Origin: a virus
Taxonomy: Duplodnaviria; Caudoviricetes
Strand: one strand, 5' to 3'
Virus record (IMG/VR): IMGVR_UViG_2609460327_000001
Span: 142,308 to 206,307 of that record
DNA: 64,000 bases
The number at the start of each line of letters is the position of its first letter. The first letter of the stretch is position 1. The position numbers were made by a program, and so were the translations under genes. Shown here in pieces: positions 10,001 to 19,227 of this stretch. The notes below the pieces were generated by a model, which worked only from the letters and a program-made list of their open reading frames with translations, ran no database searches and was not told the origin of the DNA.

Positions 10001-12243
10001 TCATGAGGGCAGACGGCGTTATGGATGTAACACTCACCCCGCCAATGCTAACGAAGGATAATATACCGATTGAAGTTCAGAACTTCTCTTGGAATCGAAT
10101 ATGGGCAACAAGCGGTGAAGGCGTAAACATTCGGATTAACGGTGACAACTCTGTTTCTGCTGAGGTCGATGTGCCGCCGATCATTCCGATTGGAGCACCA
10201 CTCACCCTGCCACTGGAAGGAACAGATAAGATTTATAAGCAGGAAGGTATGAAATCGATGGGCCTTCTTTTCGGGACAGGAAACATTCTCGAGAAGCTAA
10301 ACATTTCATCCAGTGTTCCTGCAAATGAATTGCTTCTGCGTATCGAGAGAGGGGATTCAGCGGGTAACAATCGGGAGAATCGAGTGAACTATCGCTGGCA
10401 TTATAACTGGCAGAACCGAGAATACTTCGAGGTGGATCAGGCAAATCGAGGCGTTAACCGGATGCGCATGAAAAACATCCTGCAGCCGGGAACAACAAAT
10501 GTGATCGAAGGGCTTACGGCTGACCTTGTAGCGTGGACAACTTTCGAAGAGCTAGAGTCAGTGCCGGTGTTGGCCATTAAGATTGATGATGATAAAAAGA
10601 TCGAAATGGAGAAGCCAAAGGTTGAGCGAGACAACACGGAGATCGACAACTGGTATGTACGGGTGAAGAACGGCAGGGTGAAGAAGCGATATGTCCTTCC
10701 TTATTATGAGGCTGGTGAAAAAGTCCCGCAGCTCTATGTATCCTATCCAGAATTGATTCCATACGCTCCGATGAATCCGGAAGAACGAAAAGAAATCATT
10801 ATGGATTATACGGTGCCGGAATATACGAACCAAGAGTTCTACAATGAACCGGTCATTCTGATTGATCGAGAGCATCCTGTCATTCTCAATGATAAAGCGA
10901 TTCAAGTTGGATTCACGCCAATTGCGATGGCATCCGAAGCTGGCGTAAGCTATCTCGAAGTCGAAGCGATCCGAATGAATCAGTCTCGTAAGCTAAGAGT
11001 TTCCGACATCGATGCGAAAAAAGGTATCATTTATCTGCACGATAGGATTCGAGATCAGGACGAAGTGATTGTACGATATGCTTATGTAGAGGATTGGTAC
11101 ACGTACCGCGGGTACAATCGCAGCGGAGAGTTCTTCCATCTGGACTTAAACCCAAGTCCAGGACACCGATTTACGATGGCCCAAGATGGATTTCATGAAT
11201 GGGTGCCGGGAGATGTGACGCTGCGCGAATCGTACACAACGACCGAGAAGCAAAGCAATGAATTATTAGTTAGACAAATGCACGTCTATCTAAGACCCAC
11301 ATCCATCTGGATACAAGAGGAATCAGGACCTCAGCTCATTAGTGGTACAACTCGTAATCAAGCGATCTTCCATACGGATGACAACTACTGGTTTGAGCCA
11401 GATGATTATAACTATGATCCATCCATGCTTCGACTAGGGAAAGTAACAGTCCAAGCCAACTCCAGCCTTAAGAAAGATGTGGTCATTATGGACACCCGGA
11501 CAAGAGGCGGTGGTCTGGATGAAGCATTATCTAAAGCGGTCATTGCCAAGGTAAATAAAGAATCACTTTACCATTGGGATATCGGCTACTTTGATGGAGA
11601 AGCGTATCAGGAAAATGGAGTCATTATTGTTCGGCTCCCGCGCAGTATCCTAGCCACTCCAAATAATCCAAACGGATTTAGTGAAGCTGAAGTGCAAGCA
11701 GCTGTAGCGAAGCATAAAGGATACGGAATCCTGCCGATCATTGAATACTATGATCTGCAGCCAACCGATCTTAACGTGCTTGGTAATCCAGAGTTCCTTT
11801 ACGGCAAGCACCTGAATGAATATAACACGAATCTATCAAGCGGATTATACTTCATTAATCAGCAAGACCTCGGTACTGGCGACAACTCTATCCTTCAAAT
11901 TGAAGAGGGAGGCGTATACGGCATCCTGCTATCCACAGCCAATCTGGAGTACAGTGATTACACTTTGGATATCAAGGCGAAGAAGATGTCTAAGGCGGAG
12001 GATCGTTCGGCAGCTGTCATCCGGTATGTATATCGAAACGGAGAAACGGCAGAAGTACCGATGGCCACAATCAACAGTGAAGACTGGATGATTTATACGG
12101 CTGACATTATGAATGACGGTAATATTGATTCCATCATTATTCAGGTGAACAGCAAGGAAGCTAAAGGTGGCATTCTTGTAGACTATGTTAAGATGTTCCC
12201 GAAATTTACGGAAATAGATGGAGTGGAATTTATAGAATTGTAA
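7072..12243 (+). CDS. Large virion structural protein (about 1720 aa) with a TSP-C-like domain and a C-terminal carbohydrate-binding-like domain
   Basis: Long ORF, NDDDVIGIQF motif. A start at GTG 7093 after gaagggag is plausible. Confidence 0.7.
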   Translation: MKEGRLKVIKDFYRIACIISVKDQNELDKVFVYDDYFTINETMNQAAIGQALCGGMSMQEVFQNQIDDYIQEYGIQPNRVTVVGYQTKSGHKDISVVFYKDGVEQKVQTADGSMKAVAYYHKDERLDYGLELFEFDKALPNGKLSLRVGEQVPTGDVNLAYIHSPRINVEENVSLIDTSSVNENVIPIDQIESLVVPDANGVLSYADVVSDDQPIIMRPPYSRFPSKNINITRRFTQNETVISNALFYKFELKYHYDSDPGEAGKVIRYTGSQIQLTDENGNLLGPEFKRLIYAQATEQNPKIYWVKIYIQSNTDEEQTFKVRYNHVETPAPDEELKSTTKTVELYSNQGNVGLIEGGKLRVINGIGAYEQVTAEDLRAAEDIQEVYSIEEYPDKDGYKITVPQRSMNDPRARNAFNYKLSATYLDDKNNQRTLTFGYVSDWTMNADALLAHEKLEFTGEYKTLGVNIGGGYVDARSLIQSIMPVDMPSLPMDAIFKIEDASGNLLYTTQTASDNGSVESIVAESGSSPAQAKSNTTTAKWTGASGSNVKLKNNPIEHQVTVYPEQQKSEVDFTWEASGSGEIITSQSYQGRWKVCQNVTIEKAFTAKPIDVFTGWDFIGSNETRGKWEYNKARDVLLLTVNKIEVSGYYNGAHKDKENYIFSACVTVNDHNDDDVIGIQFRVNNDKEYYCFLWEKDQLMREPGANGNGVGRVLVDERGVSAVLYYKNPDPNKFNSAYEAETNMTKYMSDYGFKNRKKGIFKASPTTLPPYSDALHPNCQYKSDRTGSSFENITSNVNYNAKGWVPGETYKIRVVVAGSKFQVYIGNDTSDDALGTLVCEAEDSTYSKGSYGICNISQENALWSKLKFTELDVHELCTDWENVTLTSNDWVKVSDKKPADILTPLIEQYMKDTYGNDMPYTVTTPSVVGDPADLRAEVRNDGYIWAVTNSSQAGGTLSTPWLTSDNRKNITGTGKAVMRADGVMDVTLTPPMLTKDNIPIEVQNFSWNRIWATSGEGVNIRINGDNSVSAEVDVPPIIPIGAPLTLPLEGTDKIYKQEGMKSMGLLFGTGNILEKLNISSSVPANELLLRIERGDSAGNNRENRVNYRWHYNWQNREYFEVDQANRGVNRMRMKNILQPGTTNVIEGLTADLVAWTTFEELESVPVLAIKIDDDKKIEMEKPKVERDNTEIDNWYVRVKNGRVKKRYVLPYYEAGEKVPQLYVSYPELIPYAPMNPEERKEIIMDYTVPEYTNQEFYNEPVILIDREHPVILNDKAIQVGFTPIAMASEAGVSYLEVEAIRMNQSRKLRVSDIDAKKGIIYLHDRIRDQDEVIVRYAYVEDWYTYRGYNRSGEFFHLDLNPSPGHRFTMAQDGFHEWVPGDVTLRESYTTTEKQSNELLVRQMHVYLRPTSIWIQEESGPQLISGTTRNQAIFHTDDNYWFEPDDYNYDPSMLRLGKVTVQANSSLKKDVVIMDTRTRGGGLDEALSKAVIAKVNKESLYHWDIGYFDGEAYQENGVIIVRLPRSILATPNNPNGFSEAEVQAAVAKHKGYGILPIIEYYDLQPTDLNVLGNPEFLYGKHLNEYNTNLSSGLYFINQQDLGTGDNSILQIEEGGVYGILLSTANLEYSDYTLDIKAKKMSKAEDRSAAVIRYVYRNGETAEVPMATINSEDWMIYTADIMNDGNIDSIIIQVNSKEAKGGILVDYVKMFPKFTEIDGVEFIEL

Positions 12244-12252
12244 TGCGTTACA
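12239..12252. promoter_or_regulatory. Palindromic operator TGTAATGCGTTACA
   Basis: Copy of the recurrent TGTAA-N4-TTACA motif, overlapping the stop codon and upstream of 12316. Confidence 0.7.
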
Positions 12253-12269
12253 TGATATGATAATACACA

Positions 12270-12299
12270 GCAGCTCGCATATACTGCGGGCTGTTTCTT
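12270..12299 (+). terminator. Hairpin / intrinsic terminator
   Basis: Stem gcagctcgca/tgcgggctgt followed by ttctt. Confidence 0.55.
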
Positions 12300-12315
12300 A
12301 TAAGGAGGAAAAGGT

Positions 12316-13374
12316 ATGCCAATCACAGATACAAGGAATATCGTGCAGTTTGTGAATGAGCTTGAATCGAGGATTAATAACTTAGATCAGGACCTTTTGG
12401 ATTGGGAGAATAATAAAAGCCAAATTCTAAATGCCCTGCCTCAGATCAATCTCAACCGCACGAATGCCATCACTGCAATCGTTAAAGCAGAGGATGCACT
12501 AGCAGAGCTTAATACGGCAACTTACGGTGTCGTTGCGGCTAAAGGGCAGCGCCTTAAAAAACTGCTCGATGATCTGAAAGCACAAGTCATTGAGATTGCC
12601 GAGAATGCACCAGGCAAAGGCATTGAGATTGACTCTTACATTCAAGATGAAATCAACAATGCGATCGCCGGTGTAGACAGTGCAATTCACGATGGATTAA
12701 AGCTGGACTATCGCATTAGGCAAGTTCAGGATATGGCTCAAGAAGGAGTAGAGTTTGCTCAAAAAGAAATCATTCTTCCTTTTAGCCATAAAACAATTAA
12801 TCCATTAAATCATTATGAGGTTCAGCTCGAACCGCAAGAAGGCGTAGAGTATGTCAAAGGGGATGTGACAGTACTTGATGCCGGCGGGGATCGCGTTGTG
12901 CTTGGAACGAATCAAGAAGCCATTACTGGAACGATCTATGAGAACGGAACGATTATTCTTTCTGAGTCTCCTAAAGTGCCAGTAACGCTGATTTATCCAG
13001 CACGGCTAAACTTTAATGATGTGCCAGAAGACTTCTTGTATTACACGTTGCAAATGATGCTATCGAAGTCTAGTCCAACCCTTACATTCGTTCAGAAAGT
13101 TGAATCGATCGTAACGGAAATCCTTACAGATATCCGGTACATGAAGGGAACGAACTGGACAGTAGATCACAGCATTATGCGTAACCGAAAGGACATACTG
13201 CTGGAAAGTATCACGCCTAAAGGTTTGCAGGTAGATGTCCAAAACGGAAATGTTCACGCTATGTTCAGCTACAACGATCATCCGAACTTGAAACACTTTG
13301 TTCTGGAGAAGTTAAATCCAGAAACGAATGAGTTCGAGCCGTATGATGGGGCTGAGGGGATTATTTCTAAATGA
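12316..13374 (+). CDS. Hypothetical protein, probably structural, with N-terminal coiled coil
   Basis: 352-aa ORF with strong RBS aaggagg. Confidence 0.7.
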   Translation: MPITDTRNIVQFVNELESRINNLDQDLLDWENNKSQILNALPQINLNRTNAITAIVKAEDALAELNTATYGVVAAKGQRLKKLLDDLKAQVIEIAENAPGKGIEIDSYIQDEINNAIAGVDSAIHDGLKLDYRIRQVQDMAQEGVEFAQKEIILPFSHKTINPLNHYEVQLEPQEGVEYVKGDVTVLDAGGDRVVLGTNQEAITGTIYENGTIILSESPKVPVTLIYPARLNFNDVPEDFLYYTLQMMLSKSSPTLTFVQKVESIVTEILTDIRYMKGTNWTVDHSIMRNRKDILLESITPKGLQVDVQNGNVHAMFSYNDHPNLKHFVLEKLNPETNEFEPYDGAEGIISK

Positions 13375-14105
13375 CCGAGTTGATGAGCCGATACCAGGAA
13401 TTGAATGCAAGAGAAAAACCCGAAACTTCTAGCCGAGGGAAAAGAAATATGGCTGGTATTATTGTCAGTGAAGGATTTGCAGAACACATGAGAGTTACCT
13501 CAGGAGATCATGAACTTACGCCTGTAAGAATATCTGTCGACGGAACTGTTGCTCCTGCAGATGAAGAAACATTCTTAGCATCTAGGGCAATCCCAAGCAG
13601 AGGTAGGGGGTATAACTTTCCTCAAGAAATATTAGGAACCTTTTTTGATGGGTTGAGGACTAATATAAGGACAGATGATCTTCCGTATTATCCAGGAGTG
13701 AATCCTATTGAATTTGCTGACGAGGAAGTGCCAGAAGATGCATATACGCGCCAAGAAAGTTTCGACGATTATGCTGTATCTATTTATGCAGGTGGAGTAC
13801 CTATTCCTGGAGTCTTGAGATATGAAATGACAGAGCAATTTGAAAACAGGAGAATTGAAGGCTACTTAGAACTACAGCGTTTTGGCGGCGATTCGATTTT
13901 GTATCAGGTTGCCAGGGAGCAGGAATCCCGTATCCGAACTATGATGATACGCATGATTAGAGACAGTGGTGAAGTGATAACCCAAGACGTGACCAATGTG
14001 CACTGGATTCGCCGGACAATCAGCAGATCGGCAGGCGAAGACATGGAGACTGAGCGCTTTTATTTTACAGCTAATTCTATCAGATCATATGGTAGTGAAA
14101 ATTAA
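13371..14105 (+). CDS. Hypothetical protein with MTELMSRYQE leader; C-terminal part is reminiscent of tail-tube proteins
   Basis: ATGA overlap, RBS gagggga, shared N-terminal peptide. Confidence 0.7.
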   Translation: MTELMSRYQELNAREKPETSSRGKRNMAGIIVSEGFAEHMRVTSGDHELTPVRISVDGTVAPADEETFLASRAIPSRGRGYNFPQEILGTFFDGLRTNIRTDDLPYYPGVNPIEFADEEVPEDAYTRQESFDDYAVSIYAGGVPIPGVLRYEMTEQFENRRIEGYLELQRFGGDSILYQVAREQESRIRTMMIRMIRDSGEVITQDVTNVHWIRRTISRSAGEDMETERFYFTANSIRSYGSEN

Positions 14106-14120
14106 AGTGAGGGATTATAT

Positions 14121-14567
14121 TTGACGGAGTTAATGAGTCGATATCAGGAAAATGCAGTTCAGAAGCGAATACATCTTCAGGGGATTTTGAAATCTGGCGA
14201 AGACGGGATGAAGTTTGAAGATGGCTATGATACCATTGCCCGAACGATTGCCGGTCAGATAGCGTCTTGTAATGAATCCAGGCATCAACCGGAAGATGAT
14301 TATCGATCAGATTATTCCCTTTGTCTACCGGAAGTTTTCCTCCGATTCTATTTGAGTGACAAGAAAGTCTCGCTGGAAGAAGCAGAAGAAAAGCAGATTA
14401 TGATGTCGATCGGGGAGCTTGATATTTATACGGAATGGTACGGCTATTCAGAGTATACGATTGAAGGGTATTGTGTCGAAAACTTCACCATCGGTAACCA
14501 TGACATTGAATCGATCCTGAAGACGTATAAGGGGAAATACGCACACATCATTATGGAGATTTATTGA
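14121..14567 (+). CDS. Hypothetical protein with MTELMSRYQE leader
   Basis: TTG start after gtgagggga. First 10 aa are identical to those of the previous gene. Confidence 0.7.
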   Translation: MTELMSRYQENAVQKRIHLQGILKSGEDGMKFEDGYDTIARTIAGQIASCNESRHQPEDDYRSDYSLCLPEVFLRFYLSDKKVSLEEAEEKQIMMSIGELDIYTEWYGYSEYTIEGYCVENFTIGNHDIESILKTYKGKYAHIIMEIY

Positions 14568-14590
14568 AGGCAGCTCGTAGGCTGTCTTTA
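14567..14590 (+). terminator. Intrinsic terminator-like hairpin
   Basis: aaggcagc-tcgtag-gctgtcttt. Confidence 0.5.
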
Positions 14591-14610
14591 CATACGAAAG
14601 GAGGAGTGAC

Positions 14611-14925
14611 ATGTTAAAGACTTTAGCTAGGGTGCCACTATTTTGGTTACTGTTTTCTTGGAATATAGGAGTAGTCATCCTTGCTGGTGTTATTATTTAT
14701 AAGTTATTCTTTTGGATTCTTGGGTTTTGGAAGTGCAAGACTTGCAAGAAAGCACATTGGGCTGACACATTATCTTGTAACTATGAGAGCGCAAAAGGAT
14801 ATGTATCAGGTCCTTTCTGTGAAAGTTGCTACATTGTTTTTTTGGAAAGTCGCACAATTAAACCGCCACCGCCCAGCTGGCGACCATCGAAACCAGCACC
14901 ACCGAAACCAAGGAGTGGACAATAA
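14611..14925 (+). CDS. Small membrane protein with CxxC...CxxC zinc-binding motif and Pro-rich tail
   Basis: RBS aaaggagga, hydrophobic N-terminus, CKTC and CESC. Confidence 0.65.
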   Translation: MLKTLARVPLFWLLFSWNIGVVILAGVIIYKLFFWILGFWKCKTCKKAHWADTLSCNYESAKGYVSGPFCESCYIVFLESRTIKPPPPSWRPSKPAPPKPRSGQ

Positions 14926-14927
14926 AG

Positions 14928-17399
14928 ATGAGTAACTATTTAGACCAATTCCTTTCCACGCTCCCGCAGACTCAAAAGCAAAAGCTTATGGAGCTTCTGG
15001 AGTTAAAGCAAAGAGAAGGATACATCAAGAGTGATACCGAGTTCCAAGCCGAACTCGAACGGCTGCTTAAAGTCTTGGATTCAGCGAATGCAACGCCGAC
15101 TTTTCAAGCTCGACACCAAACCGGCAAGACGGATTCCAGAAGTTATAACAGTAACCTTGAAGAGATTGCATTTGATCTCTCTACAATATTTGCAGCTTCG
15201 AACCAGATCGACAGCTTAATGGATGATAATCAGCGGTTGTCACGGTCAATGCTTGCAGACATTCGCAAGAAAATCTATGCCCTTGAAGCAGAGGTTGAGA
15301 AGCAAGCATTGATAATGAAGAACACAGATGGATTCGTAGAAGGAGTCCATGAGCAATTCAAAGCTCCCCAATATACTGAAACTAGCGAATCATCGCTTGC
15401 AATTCTCAGAAAAGATCGCTATGGCCAATATCTAAATAACAAATACAGTGCTGAGATTGTCAGTGACTCACTACAGCTTGCTTCATTCGAAACGATAGAC
15501 CAGCTTAAGAATCCCTATGGAAGAAAGCTGGCATCGATTCAGGTGTTGAACCGGATCGGAACAGTGGCCACAAATAATAATCATCCAATATCTAATGCCA
15601 TAGATGGTTCGCAAGAAACCTTCTGGGCAGAAGTCATTCTGGCCGATGATGTGATTACGCAAAATATCAGTGATCTGTGGACACATGACTATGAAGGCTA
15701 TGAGATGGATGGGGCAATGTGTGAGCTTGAAATTAGGCTGAACGGTATTACGACCGTATCTGAGATTAGCCTTGATCCGTATGCTTCTTATCCTCTTGAG
15801 ATTGTGGCCATTCATGGATATGAATCTTCCGATTACGCAGGGAAGACTTACAAACTCGTTACGCCTAATCATGAGAATCCGCATCAGCGAAGCAAGAAGT
15901 CTGTAGGACAGATGACATTCCAATTCCCATCGGTCGATGTGGCCAAGATTCGTATCCTGCTTCGCCAAGAGAATTACGTAAAAGAAAACTATCTGGTGAA
16001 TGTAGATGAGCAGAACAACATGGAGCTGTGGAATAAAATTGCAGGTTCCGCAGAACTTATGCAGCTCGGCACCGATGCTATTGCCGATCAACGGGAGCCA
16101 GGGGAAACCATTGCTGAGTTCGATAAGAAGAATCAGCTTACAGGCTGGAGCCAATATCTCACAGCGCTTCAAGAGTGGGCTGAAAAGCAGGGCGACAAAG
16201 CGAAGTCTGTTCTAAGTGCTGCCAAGTCAGCCATGGAGCAGGTCAGAATGGGTAACTATCAAAACCCTATGATGCTTGCTCTGCGTTCGATCAGTGCAAA
16301 TACGAATCAAGCTACAGTGGATGAAGGCACACTGAGTCAGCAATATATTGCAGCCAACAAGCTATCCTATCTTTATGGCTTATACAATGTCAGCATTACC
16401 GGGCGGAAGTATTTGCAAAGATCGATCTACGTGTCTGAAGGACTGCCCGTGTCCGGAAATGTGAAACGCATGTCTCTTGTTACAGAGGAGAAGCATCATG
16501 ATATGGATTTAGAGAATGGGGATAAGGCACGGATCACGGATGTTGAGTACTACATCAGCTACAAAAAGAATCCAGAGCCAACTGCATGGCATCCTATTAT
16601 GCCGGCTGGCAAGGATTATGTAAGAGGCGAACTCCTGCTAGGCAGCTCGGTTGGGGGCGATGATTATCTCCTGCAGAACACCATTAACTTCAGCTTTCGC
16701 TTCCCTGTCATCTCTAAAGATACGGTTACTGTCCGGAGAGATGGCGTGCCAATCGGCGGTGACCAATATGTCATTACGGATGATGGAAAGAGAATAGGGA
16801 TCAGGCAATCATTCTATTCTGCTTCCAGCATCTACACTGTAGACTACAAGCCAGCGAACGAGGCTTATTACGTTGACGTGGATGCAGAGACTGTACAGCC
16901 AATGCAGTACATTAACCCACAAGGGGAAACAGGTGAATATTTCAACGGCGTGAATGCGAACAACACGATCACGCTGCAGCATACTCCTTACGTTTACCGG
17001 AGTGAGATCTTCAATTACGACTCACAGAATGACCGCTACACACAAGACAGCAGTCAGCTCAGCATGGATAAACTTTACTATCCGGTTATCGTCCGGGTTG
17101 GCGGAGTGGAGTACAAGAATATCACAGACTATGCTAGTGGCACTTATGATAAGAACCGGCTCCAAAACGAGAACGATGGCAGGAACTTTGCTCAAATTGG
17201 CAACACCCTTTACTTCCCTATTTCCACATTTGATGGAGAGCTGAAAGATATTGTGGTGGACTATTACTACCTCACAACAGACGTTCGATTAAAAGCGATC
17301 CTGCGTAGAAATAGTGCCGGTTACGAGAGCGTTACACCTTCCGTATATAGCTGGTCCATTCGTTGTCAGACTTATGATCAAGAGGTGCGAGATGAGTGA
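14928..17399 (+). CDS. Virion structural protein, coiled-coil plus discoidin-like paralog family
   Basis: DSRSYNSNLEEIAFDL and NAIDGSQETFW motifs shared with neighbouring genes. Confidence 0.7.
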   Translation: MSNYLDQFLSTLPQTQKQKLMELLELKQREGYIKSDTEFQAELERLLKVLDSANATPTFQARHQTGKTDSRSYNSNLEEIAFDLSTIFAASNQIDSLMDDNQRLSRSMLADIRKKIYALEAEVEKQALIMKNTDGFVEGVHEQFKAPQYTETSESSLAILRKDRYGQYLNNKYSAEIVSDSLQLASFETIDQLKNPYGRKLASIQVLNRIGTVATNNNHPISNAIDGSQETFWAEVILADDVITQNISDLWTHDYEGYEMDGAMCELEIRLNGITTVSEISLDPYASYPLEIVAIHGYESSDYAGKTYKLVTPNHENPHQRSKKSVGQMTFQFPSVDVAKIRILLRQENYVKENYLVNVDEQNNMELWNKIAGSAELMQLGTDAIADQREPGETIAEFDKKNQLTGWSQYLTALQEWAEKQGDKAKSVLSAAKSAMEQVRMGNYQNPMMLALRSISANTNQATVDEGTLSQQYIAANKLSYLYGLYNVSITGRKYLQRSIYVSEGLPVSGNVKRMSLVTEEKHHDMDLENGDKARITDVEYYISYKKNPEPTAWHPIMPAGKDYVRGELLLGSSVGGDDYLLQNTINFSFRFPVISKDTVTVRRDGVPIGGDQYVITDDGKRIGIRQSFYSASSIYTVDYKPANEAYYVDVDAETVQPMQYINPQGETGEYFNGVNANNTITLQHTPYVYRSEIFNYDSQNDRYTQDSSQLSMDKLYYPVIVRVGGVEYKNITDYASGTYDKNRLQNENDGRNFAQIGNTLYFPISTFDGELKDIVVDYYYLTTDVRLKAILRRNSAGYESVTPSVYSWSIRCQTYDQEVRDE

Positions 17400-19227
17400 A
17401 CCTATTAAGAATAATTCGCAGCTCCTGTATGAGCAGGCGAAAGCACAATTCGATGCAGCTAAAGCCGCATTCGATGATGGAAGCATTAAGACAAATACGA
17501 AGCTGATACAGACTGTCTTCCAAGCGTTCGAGAGCTTCTTCACTTCGATAGGGCAACCGCAGATGGTCTTGCGGCTTGCTCCCGAAGGCGGGCCGCCATG
17601 GTCAGAAGATTACAACAACATGATGGATGAGATTAAAAAAGACATGGAGATTATGTATCAGGAGATTGATCTGATCGGCAGGGCGCTGTACACGGATTTC
17701 AATCATAACATGGTACAGCACAGCATCCTGCAAAGTCAGTTCGGTGTGATACAGGATAAGCTAAAAGACCTTCAGCTTCTATCTTCTAATATGCAGTCGA
17801 ACGGAAAGATCACTTTCCACCGCAATGACTTTCTGAATAACGATAAGATTGATTATGATCGCACAACCGGAACGGCAGCTAGTATTGAGAACGGGATTGT
17901 GACGTTACCGCAGACGGACAGTATCAACTTAAGTCAGGTGGCACAGGTTACGATCATTCCAGGAAACAAGACTTACGACAGCTTCATTCTCGGCACGGAG
18001 TCCAACGGATTCCCTGGCAATAATCATGAGGTGACAGTGAGCGGAGGAAACACTCAGAATGACTACACCTACCAGTATGTTGGCGGTAAAAACAATCACG
18101 CCGCATACGGATCCGTGCTTGATGGAAACCCGGATACATGGTTCGAATACGAGTTGGTGAATATCCGAGATCATGATAAGCAGAACGTGGCCAAGAACCT
18201 AGGCTTTGCTTATCAGGTGCATGGAAATCAAAGATTGAATTGGGCAAGAGATCCGGAGAATGGCGTGCTGAAGCTTCATATGCAGATCATCTTGAATGAA
18301 GCGACAACCGTAAATGCAATAGATGTTGAGATGTATACACCTCCGAACCAAGGTGCAAGAACAGCAATCGTAAAAGACATTCTTATTTCAGACGGCAGCG
18401 GGATGCCAGAATCCGTAATCGGGTCAAATAAAAAAGATGATGATTATGTATTTCATTTTGCTCCACGAACAGCCAAAGTCATTTCTGTACTGTTTGAACA
18501 GCGAACAAAGTATTACACCGATATTGGCCATGAGTACTATGAGCAGAATCAGCAAGCCGGAAGCGATATTGACTATGCCATGAATACCGCAACCAAGCAG
18601 GTTAAGCCAGGCTATCTTCCCCGAGTGGAAGGTCCGCTCATGGCACTGCAAGATATCGGTGTTGAAGTTAGCGTAAAGGATTCATCTGTTAACGCCTACT
18701 ATCCGCTTCAAGGTGAAGACGCTTCAAGTCCGGTGCTCGATGATGCCATTACTTCTTTATCGAGAGGCATCACACAGCAGACGATTGATATCGGCACAGA
18801 GCGCTTCGAGGGCTGGCGCTACACTATCGGCATCCGAAACATTAATGTTTACTCCTATGAGTATGAGCAAAGCGGAGAGATCGTAACAGAGCCTTATTTC
18901 TTTGAGCAGCCGCTAGAGAAGATTACGCTGTCTGTCGATGAAGACAATCCTCTCATGATTGAAAATGCACAGCCAGGAACGGAGTATAAATGGATTAAAT
19001 ACTTTATCTCCATCGACGATGGTGCAACGTGGTATCCGATTTCACCGCTTGAGCATCAAGAGTATAACAGTGGTGGGGAAGAGGCGCCGCCTAAAATATA
19101 TACGGTGCAGCAGGTAGAGAAGTCGAGCCAAGCACTTACGACAAAGACCGGCTATATTGAATCAGAATATCCAGTATATAGTCTCAGATTAAGAATGCTA
19201 TTCGAAAGACCGGAGGATGAAGAATGA
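17392..19227 (+). CDS. Virion structural protein, coiled-coil plus discoidin-like paralog family
   Basis: Start MSEPIK after gaggtg. WSEDYNNMMDEIKKDM and SVLDGNPDTWF motifs. Confidence 0.7.
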   Translation: MSEPIKNNSQLLYEQAKAQFDAAKAAFDDGSIKTNTKLIQTVFQAFESFFTSIGQPQMVLRLAPEGGPPWSEDYNNMMDEIKKDMEIMYQEIDLIGRALYTDFNHNMVQHSILQSQFGVIQDKLKDLQLLSSNMQSNGKITFHRNDFLNNDKIDYDRTTGTAASIENGIVTLPQTDSINLSQVAQVTIIPGNKTYDSFILGTESNGFPGNNHEVTVSGGNTQNDYTYQYVGGKNNHAAYGSVLDGNPDTWFEYELVNIRDHDKQNVAKNLGFAYQVHGNQRLNWARDPENGVLKLHMQIILNEATTVNAIDVEMYTPPNQGARTAIVKDILISDGSGMPESVIGSNKKDDDYVFHFAPRTAKVISVLFEQRTKYYTDIGHEYYEQNQQAGSDIDYAMNTATKQVKPGYLPRVEGPLMALQDIGVEVSVKDSSVNAYYPLQGEDASSPVLDDAITSLSRGITQQTIDIGTERFEGWRYTIGIRNINVYSYEYEQSGEIVTEPYFFEQPLEKITLSVDEDNPLMIENAQPGTEYKWIKYFISIDDGATWYPISPLEHQEYNSGGEEAPPKIYTVQQVEKSSQALTTKTGYIESEYPVYSLRLRMLFERPEDEE

